A stretch of DNA of 64,000 nucleotides from Chloroflexota bacterium (lineage in GTDB: Bacteria; Chloroflexota; Limnocylindria; P2-11E), in contig JAGWSB010000001.1 in the NCBI GenBank assembly GCA_028876375.1, forward strand, positions 10,233-74,232. The letters are read 5' to 3'. A program made the position numbers and the translations under genes. A model generated the notes under the pieces. It was not told the DNA's origin, made no database searches, and was given only the letters and a program-made list of their open reading frames with translations. Numbering within the stretch: position 1 is the stretch's first letter; each line of letters starts with the position of its first letter. Positions 45,336 through 54,239 of this stretch are shown here, piece by piece.

Positions 45336-46193
45336 ATGGCTTGTCATCGGAGACGCCCAGGCGACCTGCGGGTCTATGGGGCGAAGGTGGGTGCGCTTCG
45401 CTTCGGCCCGCTCGTCGTCATGCCTCTGTCCGCGCGCGGCCACGCCTTCGGGATCCTCGAAGTGTCGCGCGTCCGCGGAAGACAGCCGTTCGAGGAGGGC
45501 GATCTCGAACGCGTCGCTGCCTTCGCCGGCCAGGCGTCCATCGCTCTGGAGTACGCACGGGCGCAGCGCGAGCTGCGACGCCTCGCGGTGATGGACGATC
45601 GCGAGCGCATCGCGAGGGAGCTCCACGACGGCGCCATCCAGTCGCTCTTCGCCGTCGGCATGGAGCTCCAGGCGACAGCGCTCCGCGCGTCGAACGAGAA
45701 GGTCAAGTCACGGCTTCAGGAGTCCGTCGACCGGATCGACGCCGTCATCCGCGATCTGCGCGGCTACATCTTCGGGCTGCGACCCAACATCCTCGAAGAC
45801 AGGACCCTCGAGCAGAGCCTCGAGCAGCTGGGCGTCGAGTTCGAGGAACGCAGCGGTGTCCTCGTGGTGAGCGAGATCGACGCGCGCGTCGCGAAGGCGA
45901 TGGAGCCCATCGCCGGCGAGGTGGTCCAGATAGCGCGCGAGGCCATCTCGAACGTCGGACGCCACTCGGGTGCGACGACGTGCCGCTTGAGCCTCCGCCG
46001 CGCCGAAGGCCGCGCGCTGCTCGAGATCGCGGACGACGGCACGGGCTTCGACCCATCGACGGTCGGGCCCGGTCAGGGCCTGCGCGACATGCGAGAACGC
46101 GCTGCCGCGCTCGGCGGAAGCGTCGAGATCGTGGCCGCGGCGAGCAAGGGGACCGATGTGCGCGTGAGCTTGCCCGTCCCGGAAGCCGTCTAG
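45336..46193 (+). CDS. HisKA_3 histidine kinase that retains only the C-terminal half of a GAF domain
   Basis: The N-terminal roughly 60 aa (VGALRFGPLVVMPLSARGHAFGILEVSRVRGRQPFEEGDLERVAAFAGQASIALE) correspond to the end of a GAF domain. An H-box (RERIARELHDGAIQ) and a HATPase_c domain follow. No upstream frame supplies the missing GAF portion. Confidence 0.65.
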   Translation: MACHRRRPGDLRVYGAKVGALRFGPLVVMPLSARGHAFGILEVSRVRGRQPFEEGDLERVAAFAGQASIALEYARAQRELRRLAVMDDRERIARELHDGAIQSLFAVGMELQATALRASNEKVKSRLQESVDRIDAVIRDLRGYIFGLRPNILEDRTLEQSLEQLGVEFEERSGVLVVSEIDARVAKAMEPIAGEVVQIAREAISNVGRHSGATTCRLSLRRAEGRALLEIADDGTGFDPSTVGPGQGLRDMRERAAALGGSVEIVAAASKGTDVRVSLPVPEAV

Positions 46194-46879
46194 CCGCCCT
46201 TGCCCTCGTACCAGTGGCGCCGGCGCGCCATGTATGCCGCGGCTTCGGAGCGCCGCCGGAGGTCGAGCTTGCCGAGGATGTGGCTGACGTAGTTCTTGAC
46301 CGTCTTCTCCGACAGGAACATCGCGTCGGCGATCTCGCGGTTGCTGCCCCCCTCCGCGATCATGTTCAAGATCCGCCTCTCCTGCTCGGTGAGCGACGCG
46401 AATCCGGGGTCCTCGAACGAGGGAAGGCGACGCATCCGCTCGAAGACGGGCGCGGTCACCGCGGGATCGAGCAGCGACTCGCCGGCGCTCACCCGTCGGA
46501 TCGCGTCGACGAACACCTCGGCGCGAGCCTCCTTCAAAAGGAAGCCGCGGGCGCCGGCGACGATCGAGCTGATGACCGCATCCGTATCCGGATACGACGT
46601 GAGCATGAGGACGCGCACATCGGGTCGTTCCTGACGGATCGCGCGGCATGCCTCGATCCCCGTAGCGTCCGGCAGACGCACGTCCATGATGACGACGTCG
46701 GGCTGCAGGCTATGTGATGCGCTGACGGCGTCGGCCGCCGTCGCGACGTCGGCGACGACGTCGAAGGTCGGCTCCTCGTCGAGCAGCGCACGAAGCCCTT
46801 GACGCACGATCTCGTGGTCGTCGCAAATGAGGATCCGGATCTTCCGCGCTTGGTCGGCAGCCGCGTCAGGCACGCGCAT
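46190..46879 (-). CDS. NarL/LuxR-family response regulator
   Basis: Receiver domain (ILICDDH..D..IMDVRLPD) plus a LuxR helix-turn-helix (LTEQERRILNMIAEGGSNREIADAMFLSEKTVKNYVSHI). It is convergent with the kinase and overlaps it by 4 nt. Confidence 0.85.
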   Translation of the reverse strand: MRVPDAAADQARKIRILICDDHEIVRQGLRALLDEEPTFDVVADVATAADAVSASHSLQPDVVIMDVRLPDATGIEACRAIRQERPDVRVLMLTSYPDTDAVISSIVAGARGFLLKEARAEVFVDAIRRVSAGESLLDPAVTAPVFERMRRLPSFEDPGFASLTEQERRILNMIAEGGSNREIADAMFLSEKTVKNYVSHILGKLDLRRRSEAAAYMARRRHWYEGKGG

Positions 46880-47101
46880 GCGCCACCTCTCCGAGCGACG
46901 CTACCACGCGCACGCTGCCGTATCGCTTCGTTGCACGAAGGGAGCGGCCGGCGCCTGGGCGATGCGCGGTGGTCCCGTCCCCGACCGAGGACGAGGTCCC
47001 GTCCGATGACAGGACCGCGGCCCCGATCTCCGAGACGTGCGACCCACGACGGCGTCCGTCGCGCGAGCGAGGATCGTTCTCGGAAAGCCAGGTACGACAG
47101 G

Positions 47102-47269
47102 ATGACCGATCCACAGCTCGCGTACTTCTGCGTCGCGGCCGCGGCGGGCTTGCTCGCCTTCGTCCTCTGGGACACGTGGGACACGGCCCCCCGGCACGAC
47201 TCCTGTCCCATTACGTGCCCGCACCGACAGCTGCCCCAGCGCGTCGACCGCGCGCGCCGCTCGCGGTGA
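47102..47269 (+). CDS. possible small single-helix membrane protein (55 aa)
   Basis: MTDPQLAYFCVAAAAGLLAFVLWDTW... has one hydrophobic helix. The call is weak. Confidence 0.25.
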   Translation: MTDPQLAYFCVAAAAGLLAFVLWDTWDTAPRHDSCPITCPHRQLPQRVDRARRSR

Positions 47270-47881
47270 GGGGGTCATGAGATGCCCGAGATGAGAGCCC
47301 AGACCGAGCGCGAAGCGGAGCTCGAGGGGATCACCGAACAGGAGACCGCGACGCTCCCGTTCGAGCTCACGGCGGTGTCCGAGCCGTTCGCGCCGGTGAG
47401 AGCAACGCCGTCGATCGTGACAGAGCCGCGAGGATCCCATCCCGCGACGATCCGCGCCGAGCGGCTTCTGCGTGGCCCACGCCTGGGAGGTCAGGCGGGA
47501 ACGCTGCCCACCGAGCGGTCGCGCCACCACGCCGGCCCGACCTAACGGCGCTCCGGGCGAGAACGCCATCGCTCGTCGCAGGCGCGATCGCTGCCGATCG
47601 CGATCGGATCGCTCGCGGGGAACGACTCCATGAGCGCCTCGTCCAGCGTCGTGTACGCCTCGGGCTCCGCCTCGACGGTCTCGCTCGGGTCGGGACGCTG
47701 CGCCGCGGGGACCCCGCTGTTGGTCCTCATGGTCCGCTCCATGCCTGCACACTGCGCGCCGATCGCGTCCTCGGGACAGCCCTCATTCGGCGCATGACTT
47801 TGGTCCTTGGCCGAGGGTGACCGGCGGCTCATCCCGCGATCGATCCCGCGGAGCGAGACTGGGACCACGGTGATCAAGGAG

Positions 47882-48055
47882 ATGGAGATGCCGGAAAAGG
47901 CGACGACCCAACTGCCGGTCGATCAGAAGGCCACGGATATCCCCGTGGATGAAGGCTTCCGCCGCTGGTACGCGTCGTGTCCCTGCTGCCTCGGAGAGAG
48001 CTATCCCACCGTGAAGGCGAAGATCGAGCGAGAGAAAGGGATCGCGGCCGAGTGA
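47882..48055 (+). CDS. possible small CPCC-motif protein (57 aa)
   Basis: A strong AAGGAG Shine-Dalgarno box lies 4 nt before ATGGAGATG. The protein reads MEMPEKATTQLPVDQKATDIPVDEGFRRWYASCPCCLGESYPTVKAKIEREKGIAAE, and the local GC content is lower than elsewhere in the window. Confidence 0.35.
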   Translation: MEMPEKATTQLPVDQKATDIPVDEGFRRWYASCPCCLGESYPTVKAKIEREKGIAAE

Positions 48056-48081
48056 GCTACGTCCGTAGGTGGGGACGCCGG

Positions 48082-48507
48082 CTATCCACGCGCTGTCTTC
48101 GCCTTCCGGACTTTGTCGAGGTTGCGCCGCACCGCGGAGCGGACGAGCGCCTTCAGCGCTGTTTCGTCGATCTTGTCGCCCTCGTGGACGTCGATCGCCC
48201 GCGACTTGCCTTCGAGCTGGGCGTTGAAGAGCTTGTGTGGGTCCGGAAGGCTCGCGCCCGCCGCGAAGCTCAGCCGCACCCTCTCCTTCAGGACGATCCC
48301 GATGCACACGATGCCGTCGTGCTCCCAGACCGCGGCGCCGAGCGGGTTGCTGGGTCGGCGCCACTTCACCTCCTCGGTGATCCCGGGGTCGGCCTCGTGG
48401 ACGATCTTGCGGAGCTTCGCGAGCGCTGCCCCGCGCCGACCTGGGGTCTTGGAGATCATGGCGTCGATACCCGGGCTGCGTTCCGGCACCTTGTTCCTCC
48501 GCGGCAT
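48082..48507 (-). CDS. DUF1801 (YdhG-like) domain protein
   Basis: About 140 aa; GRRGAALAKLRKIVHEADPGITEEVKWRRPSNPLGAAVWEHDGIVCIG matches the DUF1801 core. Confidence 0.6.
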   Translation of the reverse strand: MPRRNKVPERSPGIDAMISKTPGRRGAALAKLRKIVHEADPGITEEVKWRRPSNPLGAAVWEHDGIVCIGIVLKERVRLSFAAGASLPDPHKLFNAQLEGKSRAIDVHEGDKIDETALKALVRSAVRRNLDKVRKAKTARG

Positions 48508-48715
48508 AGTTTGGGCGATCGCGCGCGATGATGTGCTCTGGTGTATCCGCATGGTCCGGCGTGAGGGTGCGCGCGCGTCGGGAACATTCTGAGCGCGTGC
48601 CTGCGCCAAGGCGAGGCTGACTCCGTGGTCCGCCCCTACCGCTCCTCGAGCGCGAACTCGACGCCGTCGAACAGCAGCGTCTTGTTGACGCGATGGAAAC
48701 GGCGGCCTGACCTCG

Positions 48716-49096
48716 ATGGATGAAGCGGTAGGCGTCAAGCGCGTGTACGAACGGCGAGAGAAGGCCGACGGACTTCGCCTCCTCGTGGACCGGCTGTGGC
48801 CGCGCGGACTTTCGAAAGCGCGGGCGGACTGGGACGCATGGCGCAAGGACCTCGCACCCAGCACGGAGCTCCGACAGTGGTACGGGCATGACCCCGACCG
48901 CTTCACGGAGTTCCGCCGACGATATGCTGCCGAGCTGCGACGAGCGGAAGCGCGCTCAGCGATACGTGACATCGCGCAGGCGCGACAGAAGGTGACCCTC
49001 GTCACCGCCACGCACGATCTCGAGCACTCTGGTGCGACGGTCCTCGCGGGTCTGATCGTGGACCGCCGTCGAGGACGAGCCGCCTCGGGAAGGTGA
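48716..49096 (+). CDS. DUF488 family protein (YeaO-like)
   Basis: 126 aa; the KRVYERREKADGLRLLVDRLWPRGLSKARADWDAWRKDLAPSTELRQWYGHDPDRFTEFRRRY pattern is DUF488. Confidence 0.65.
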   Translation: MDEAVGVKRVYERREKADGLRLLVDRLWPRGLSKARADWDAWRKDLAPSTELRQWYGHDPDRFTEFRRRYAAELRRAEARSAIRDIAQARQKVTLVTATHDLEHSGATVLAGLIVDRRRGRAASGR

Positions 49097-49136
49097 CGGG
49101 AGCGTCACGGAGCGCTCCTCGTCGTCGTGTGCAGCG

Positions 49137-49210
49137 GAGCGGGAGACGGGATTCGGACCCGCGACCCTTACCTTGGCAAGGTAATGCTCTACCAAGCTGA
49201 GCTACTCCCG
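49137..49210 (-). tRNA. tRNA-Gly (anticodon GCC)
   Basis: On the minus strand the sequence GCGGGAGTAGCTCAGCTTGGTAGAGCATTACCTTGCCAAGGTAAGGGTCGCGGGTCCGAATCCCGTCTCCCGCT folds as a cloverleaf with anticodon loop TTGCCAA. The 3' CCA is not encoded. Confidence 0.85.
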
Positions 49211-49309
49211 CGTGACCAGAGGACCTGGACGCGTCGATGATACCAGGCGACGCCGCTGCCCGACCCGTGCTCACTACGGTCTGACGCGAGGAGGATCACC
49301 GGAGCGGCG

Positions 49310-50518
49310 CTATTCCCGGATGAGCAGCACCGACGCGGTGAACCCGTGCAGGAAGTTGCGGCCGCCGATCGGACCGAGCTCACCCGCGGCGAAGAAGCCG
49401 GCGACCGGGACGTCCGCGAACGCGCTGCGCAGCGCGCGGATGTCGTGGTGGGGCTGGCCGAAGAGCGCCTGACCGCGCCCATTGCACGAGAAGAGGAGCG
49501 CGCCGACGACAGGGCGGTCATCCATCGCGCGCTCGCGCTCGAGCATGACCTTGAGGTCTTCGCGCGCGGAATCCGCGTCGCGCACCTGGAACTGGACCGT
49601 CTGCCCCACCTCGACCATGTCGGTGATGGCGATCGAGCCGCTCTGCGGATCGATGCCCATGACGTTGCGGATGAGGAAGTCCCCGCGGTCGAGCCGCGGC
49701 TTCAGCTCCGAGATCGCCTGCCCGACGTGGAGCCCGCGTCGCATGAGCAGCTGATCGCGCGGACCCGCCGCCGCGTAGACCTCTTCGAGCCGATGCAGCG
49801 CCGCGGTGCCGCCGAGCTCGTGCATGACGTTCCGCTCCGCGCGCGTCACCGCATAGGTCTCCCCGACGGGCCGGCAGCCCTGCGACACCAGCCACGATCC
49901 GACCGATGGCCCGGTGAGGATGACGCCTGCGGCGCCGTCGCGGACGACCTCGCCGTTCGCGATGAGGACGTTCCGCCCAGCCTCGAGTCCGCCCGACGCC
50001 TGGCCGCCGAGGACGGGGACGCCGGGAGCGTTCTCGTTCAGGTGCGCGAGGAACACGTCCGCAGGGAACGAGAACGGGTCGCTCAGCATGACGACGACCG
50101 CGCCGCGGTCAGCGGACGGGAGCTCGTCGAGGCCATCGATGATCCCCTGGTCGCCGTCCTGCTCGAACGTCAGGCGGAACGGCTGGACGCCGGTCGAGGG
50201 GAGGGAGGCGGCCCATGCGGCGACCGCGGGCGCGTCCTCCACCTCGACCTCGCCGCCGATGACGCCGCCGGCGCTGCAGCCGATGATCACCGCGTCCTCC
50301 GCGCGCTCGCTCGCCTGCTCGACGATGCGCGGGATCTCGTCCTCGAACTGCGGCGAGACGAACAGCGTCACGAGGTCGACGCGCGCGCCGTCGATAGGCT
50401 CGAGCGCGCGTGCGAGGGCGTCTTGGGCGGCGACGACGCCTTCCGTCGACTGCGACAGGCCCGCGCCGACGCGCGGCGATGACGCGATGTCGGGAGCCAC
50501 GTGCCGCAGACGTGTCAC
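49310..50518 (-). CDS. FIST-domain signalling protein (FIST_N plus FIST_C); GTG start
   Basis: The C-terminal LLFSCNGRGQALFGQPHHDIRALRSAFADVPVAGFFAAGELGPIGG is the FIST_C signature. Confidence 0.65.
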   Translation of the reverse strand: MTRLRHVAPDIASSPRVGAGLSQSTEGVVAAQDALARALEPIDGARVDLVTLFVSPQFEDEIPRIVEQASERAEDAVIIGCSAGGVIGGEVEVEDAPAVAAWAASLPSTGVQPFRLTFEQDGDQGIIDGLDELPSADRGAVVVMLSDPFSFPADVFLAHLNENAPGVPVLGGQASGGLEAGRNVLIANGEVVRDGAAGVILTGPSVGSWLVSQGCRPVGETYAVTRAERNVMHELGGTAALHRLEEVYAAAGPRDQLLMRRGLHVGQAISELKPRLDRGDFLIRNVMGIDPQSGSIAITDMVEVGQTVQFQVRDADSAREDLKVMLERERAMDDRPVVGALLFSCNGRGQALFGQPHHDIRALRSAFADVPVAGFFAAGELGPIGGRNFLHGFTASVLLIRE

Positions 50519-50651
50519 GAGCGGAGAGTACCCTCGCACGACGCGCTTTCCCGTCCGGCGGGCGCGCTGCCGCCATCCGGGCGTATGACCCCGGGCGGCG
50601 GGGCGAACGGCCATCACGCCGGCGCTTCCCCACGGTCCACACTTCCGGCAC

Positions 50652-51755
50652 ATGGACGACGTCCAACGCTGGCGCGCCGATCTGCAGGGCGAGATCGACG
50701 GCATAACGGTCTATCGCGCGATGGCGGCAGGCGAGAGCGACCGCGCGCTCGCGGCGGTGTACGGGAAGCTCGCCGACGCCGAGGAGCGCCACGCGCGCGT
50801 GTGGGAGACCAAGCTGCGCGAGGCGAAGGCCTGGAGGACGGCGCCGTCGCCGTCGTGGCGCGCGCGTCTCCTCGCCTTCCTCGCGCGGCGCGGCGGCGTC
50901 GCCATCGTCGCGCAGACGATGGCCGGGGCCGAGGCGCGCGACCGCGCGATGTACGACGACCAGCCGGAGGCGGGCCTCGCGCTCCCGCGCGAGGAGCGCT
51001 CGCACGCGCGCCTCTTGCGCGAAGCCGGCGGAGCCTCGGGCTCGGCGATCGCGCGGCTCGAGGGACGCCACCGCATGAGCGGCGGGAACGCGCTGCGCGC
51101 GGCGGTGCTCGGCGTGAACGACGGCCTCGTCTCGAACTTCAGCCTCGTCATGGGCGTCGCCGGCGCGGGCGGGGACGCACGCGCGGTCATGGTCGCGGGC
51201 GCGGCCGGCCTGCTCGCCGGGTCGCTCTCCATGGCGCTCGGCGAGTGGCTCTCCGTGCAGAGCGCGCGCGAGCTCTACTCGCATCAGATCGCGGTGGAGA
51301 AGGAGGAGCTCGAGGTCGCTCCCGACGAGGAAGAGGAGGAGCTCGCGCTCATCTACCAGGCGAAGGGGGCGAAGGAGGAGCAGGCACGCGCGATGGCGCA
51401 CCAGCTGGTGCGCGGGGACGCGCGCTCGGCCCTCGACGCGCTGGCGCGTGAGGAGCTCGCGATCGACCCGGGCGAGCTCGGCGGCTCGGCGTACGTCGCG
51501 TCGGGGACGTCCTTCGCGATGTTCGCCCTCGGGGCGGTCGTGCCGCTCATCCCCCATCTCGTCGCGTCCGGCACCGCGGCGGTCGTGGCCTCCGCGGTGG
51601 TCAGCGGCGTCGCGCTCTTCGGCGTCGGCGCGCTCATCACGGTGATCACCGGGCAGAGCGCCATGCGTGCCGGCGCCCGGCAGCTGCTCATTGGCATCGC
51701 CGCCGCGGCGGTCACGTACGGACTCGGCCGGCTGTTCGGCGCGGCGATCGCCTGA
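50652..51755 (+). CDS. erythrin (ferritin-like) / VIT1-CCC1 fusion iron transporter (MbfA-like)
   Basis: An N-terminal ferritin-like four-helix region with E..H pairs (ITVYRAMAAGE..AEERHARVWE), then a VIT1 membrane domain (AAVLGVNDGLVSNFSLVMGVAGA ... GEWLSV ... five helices). 367 aa. Confidence 0.75.
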   Translation: MDDVQRWRADLQGEIDGITVYRAMAAGESDRALAAVYGKLADAEERHARVWETKLREAKAWRTAPSPSWRARLLAFLARRGGVAIVAQTMAGAEARDRAMYDDQPEAGLALPREERSHARLLREAGGASGSAIARLEGRHRMSGGNALRAAVLGVNDGLVSNFSLVMGVAGAGGDARAVMVAGAAGLLAGSLSMALGEWLSVQSARELYSHQIAVEKEELEVAPDEEEEELALIYQAKGAKEEQARAMAHQLVRGDARSALDALAREELAIDPGELGGSAYVASGTSFAMFALGAVVPLIPHLVASGTAAVVASAVVSGVALFGVGALITVITGQSAMRAGARQLLIGIAAAAVTYGLGRLFGAAIA

Positions 51756-51767
51756 CCGCTGGCGCCG

Positions 51768-53384
51768 CTACGTTCCCATGCCGGCGAAGAAGTCGTTCCC
51801 CTTGTCGTCGACGAGGATGAACGCCGGGAAGTCGACCACCTCGATGCGGTAGACCGCCTCCATGCCCAGCTCCGGGTACTCGAGGAGCTCCACCTTCGTG
51901 ATGTTCTCCTTCGCGAGGAGCGCCGCCGCGCCGCCGATCGACCCGAGGTAGAAGCCGCCGTGCCTCTTGCACGCGTCGGTCACGGCCTTCGAGCGGTCTC
52001 CCTTGGCGATCATCACCAGCGAGCCGCCGCGCGACTGGAAGAGGTCGACGTAGGAGTCCATGCGCCCGGCCGTCGTGGGGCCGAAGCTGCCCGACGGCAT
52101 GCCCGCCGGCGTCTTCGCCGGCCCGGCGTAGTAGACGGGATGGTCCTTGATGTAGCCGGGCAGGTCCTCGCCGCGATCCAGACGCTCCTTGAGCCGCGCG
52201 TGGGCAAGGTCGCGCGCGACGACGATCGTCCCCGTGAGCAGAAGCTGCGTCTTTACCGGGTGCTTCGCGAGCTCGGCGCGGATCTCGCTCATCGGGCGAT
52301 CGAGGTCGATGCGCACCGCCCCGTCGCCGCGCCCGACGCGGTCCGCCGCGGCCAGGAACCTCGCCGGGTCGCGCTCGAGCGCTTCGAGCCAGAGACCGTC
52401 GGCGTCGATCTTCGCCTTGATGTTGCGGTCGGCGGAGCACGACACGCCCATCCCGATGGGCGCCGACGCGCCGTGGCGCGGCAGCCGCACGACGCGCACG
52501 TCGAGCGCGAAATACTTGCCGCCGAACTGGGCGCCATAGCCGACGGCGCGCGACGCCTCGAGCAGCCGCTCTTCCAGCTCGCGGTCGCGGAACGCGCGGC
52601 CGTCCTCGTTGCCGGTCGTCGGCAGCTCGTCGAGGTACCCGGTGCTCGCGAGCTTCACCGCTTTGAGGCATGCCTCGGCCGAGGTGCCGCCGATCGCGAA
52701 AGCGAGGTGGTAGGGAGGGCACGCCGCCGTCCCGAGCGTCTTCATCCTCTCGACGAGGAACGGCTCGAGGACGCCCGGCCGGAGCGTGGCCGCCGTCTGC
52801 TGATAGAGGTAGGTCTTGTTGGCGGAGCCACCGCCTTTGGCGATGAAGAGGAAGTGGTACTCGGCGCCGTCGGTCGCGTAGATGTCGATCTGCGCCGGCA
52901 TGTTCGAGGAGGTGTTCTTCTCGACGTAGAGCGTGAGTGGCGCGTTCTGCGAATAGCGCAGGTTCTCCTGCGTATAGGTCTCGAAGATCCCGCGCTCGAT
53001 GTGCTCCTCGTCGTGCGCACCGGTCCAGACCTGCTGCCCCTTCTTCGCCATGACGATCGCCGTGCCGGTGTCCTGGCACATCGGGAGCGTGCCTTCCGCC
53101 GCGACCGCGGCGTTGCGCAGGAGCGCGGTCGCCACGTCGCGGTCGTTCGCCGACGCTTCCGGGTCGTCGAGGATCGCCGCGACCTTGGCGAGGTGGGTCG
53201 GACGCAGGAGGAACGCGACGTCGCGCATCGCCGCGCGCGCGAGGATGGTGAGGGCCCGCGGATCGACCTTGAGCACGGTGCGGCCCTCGAACGTCCCGAG
53301 GCTGACGTGCTCCTTGGTGAGCAGGCGGTACGGCGTGGGGTCGGCGCCGAGCGGGAACGGGTCCTGGTATCTGAACTCCGGCAT
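51768..53384 (-). CDS. fumA: class I fumarate hydratase (FumA/FumB type, Fe-S dependent)
   Basis: 538 aa, collinear with E. coli FumA over its full length, from [21 protein letters not shown] through the [23 protein letters not shown] and [15 protein letters not shown] blocks to the [15 protein letters not shown] tail. Confidence 0.9.
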   Translation of the reverse strand: MPEFRYQDPFPLGADPTPYRLLTKEHVSLGTFEGRTVLKVDPRALTILARAAMRDVAFLLRPTHLAKVAAILDDPEASANDRDVATALLRNAAVAAEGTLPMCQDTGTAIVMAKKGQQVWTGAHDEEHIERGIFETYTQENLRYSQNAPLTLYVEKNTSSNMPAQIDIYATDGAEYHFLFIAKGGGSANKTYLYQQTAATLRPGVLEPFLVERMKTLGTAACPPYHLAFAIGGTSAEACLKAVKLASTGYLDELPTTGNEDGRAFRDRELEERLLEASRAVGYGAQFGGKYFALDVRVVRLPRHGASAPIGMGVSCSADRNIKAKIDADGLWLEALERDPARFLAAADRVGRGDGAVRIDLDRPMSEIRAELAKHPVKTQLLLTGTIVVARDLAHARLKERLDRGEDLPGYIKDHPVYYAGPAKTPAGMPSGSFGPTTAGRMDSYVDLFQSRGGSLVMIAKGDRSKAVTDACKRHGGFYLGSIGGAAALLAKENITKVELLEYPELGMEAVYRIEVVDFPAFILVDDKGNDFFAGMGT

Positions 53385-53555
53385 TGACGGCTCCTCGTTC
53401 GCCGGCGCGCGCCGGCACGTCATGCCGAGCCTACACACCGCAGCCGGGCCGGCGGCGGAACCCGTCGTACGCCCGACATCGCATAGACACGATCCAGGTC
53501 CACGGTTTTCCCGAGTCCAGAGATCGGAAATGACGTCGGAGCAGAGGAGGCACCT

Positions 53556-54230
53556 TTGATGGCCACCACGTTCCCGGAGCTCGACACGCGGGATCTCCCC
53601 GTAGGCGCGCACGCCGCCTCGATCGCCGCGGCGATCGACGGCCTCTCAGTAGGCGGCTCGTTCATTCTCGTCGCGGCCGACGACCCGCGGCCGCTCCTCG
53701 GGCGGCTGAAGGCGGACGGCCACTCGGGGATCGAGTGGAGCGTCCTCGAGCTCGGACCCGAGCGCTTCCGCGTCGAGGTCCGCTCGCGCGTCGGGCCCCG
53801 CACGGTCACCGACTTCCTCGAGGGCGACCATCAGCGTCTCGACGCGATCCTCCAGCAGGTCGCGCGCCTGTCGGCGGACGGCGAGGACGACGAGGCGCGC
53901 GAGCGCTTCGCCGAGTTCGAGACCGGGCTCGGCTGGCACATCGACGTCGAGGAAGAGGTCCTCTTCCCCGCTTTCGAGACGAACACCGGGAGCACGAACG
54001 GGCCGACGACGTTCATGCGCACCGAGCACGTGGCGATCCGCCAGCTGCTCGTCGCGTGCGGCGCCGCGGTGGCTGGCGCCGGCGACGTGCAGCGCGCGAT
54101 CGACGAGCTCGGGAAGGCCCTCGCCGCGCACAACCTGAAGGAGGAGCAGGTCCTCTATCCGGTGTCGGACCACGCCGTCGGCGGCGACGCCGAGCGAGAG
54201 GAGCTCGTCGAGAAGATCCAAGCGTTCTGA
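53556..54230 (+). CDS. DUF2249 plus hemerythrin-like (HHE cation-binding) domain protein
   Basis: An N-terminal DUF2249-like region ([39 protein letters not shown]) is followed by a hemerythrin-like region carrying H/E ligand positions ([30 protein letters not shown]). Confidence 0.6.
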   Translation: MMATTFPELDTRDLPVGAHAASIAAAIDGLSVGGSFILVAADDPRPLLGRLKADGHSGIEWSVLELGPERFRVEVRSRVGPRTVTDFLEGDHQRLDAILQQVARLSADGEDDEARERFAEFETGLGWHIDVEEEVLFPAFETNTGSTNGPTTFMRTEHVAIRQLLVACGAAVAGAGDVQRAIDELGKALAAHNLKEEQVLYPVSDHAVGGDAEREELVEKIQAF

Positions 54231-54239
54231 TCGGCGGCC

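Noticed and set aside
47282-47877. Convergent 87 aa plus-strand and 111 aa minus-strand ORFs in the small-ORF island
   Set aside because: They have rare codons (AGA, GGA, ACA) that are atypical for this genome's GC3 bias, and no ribosome-binding site. I kept them only as part of the island observation, not as features.
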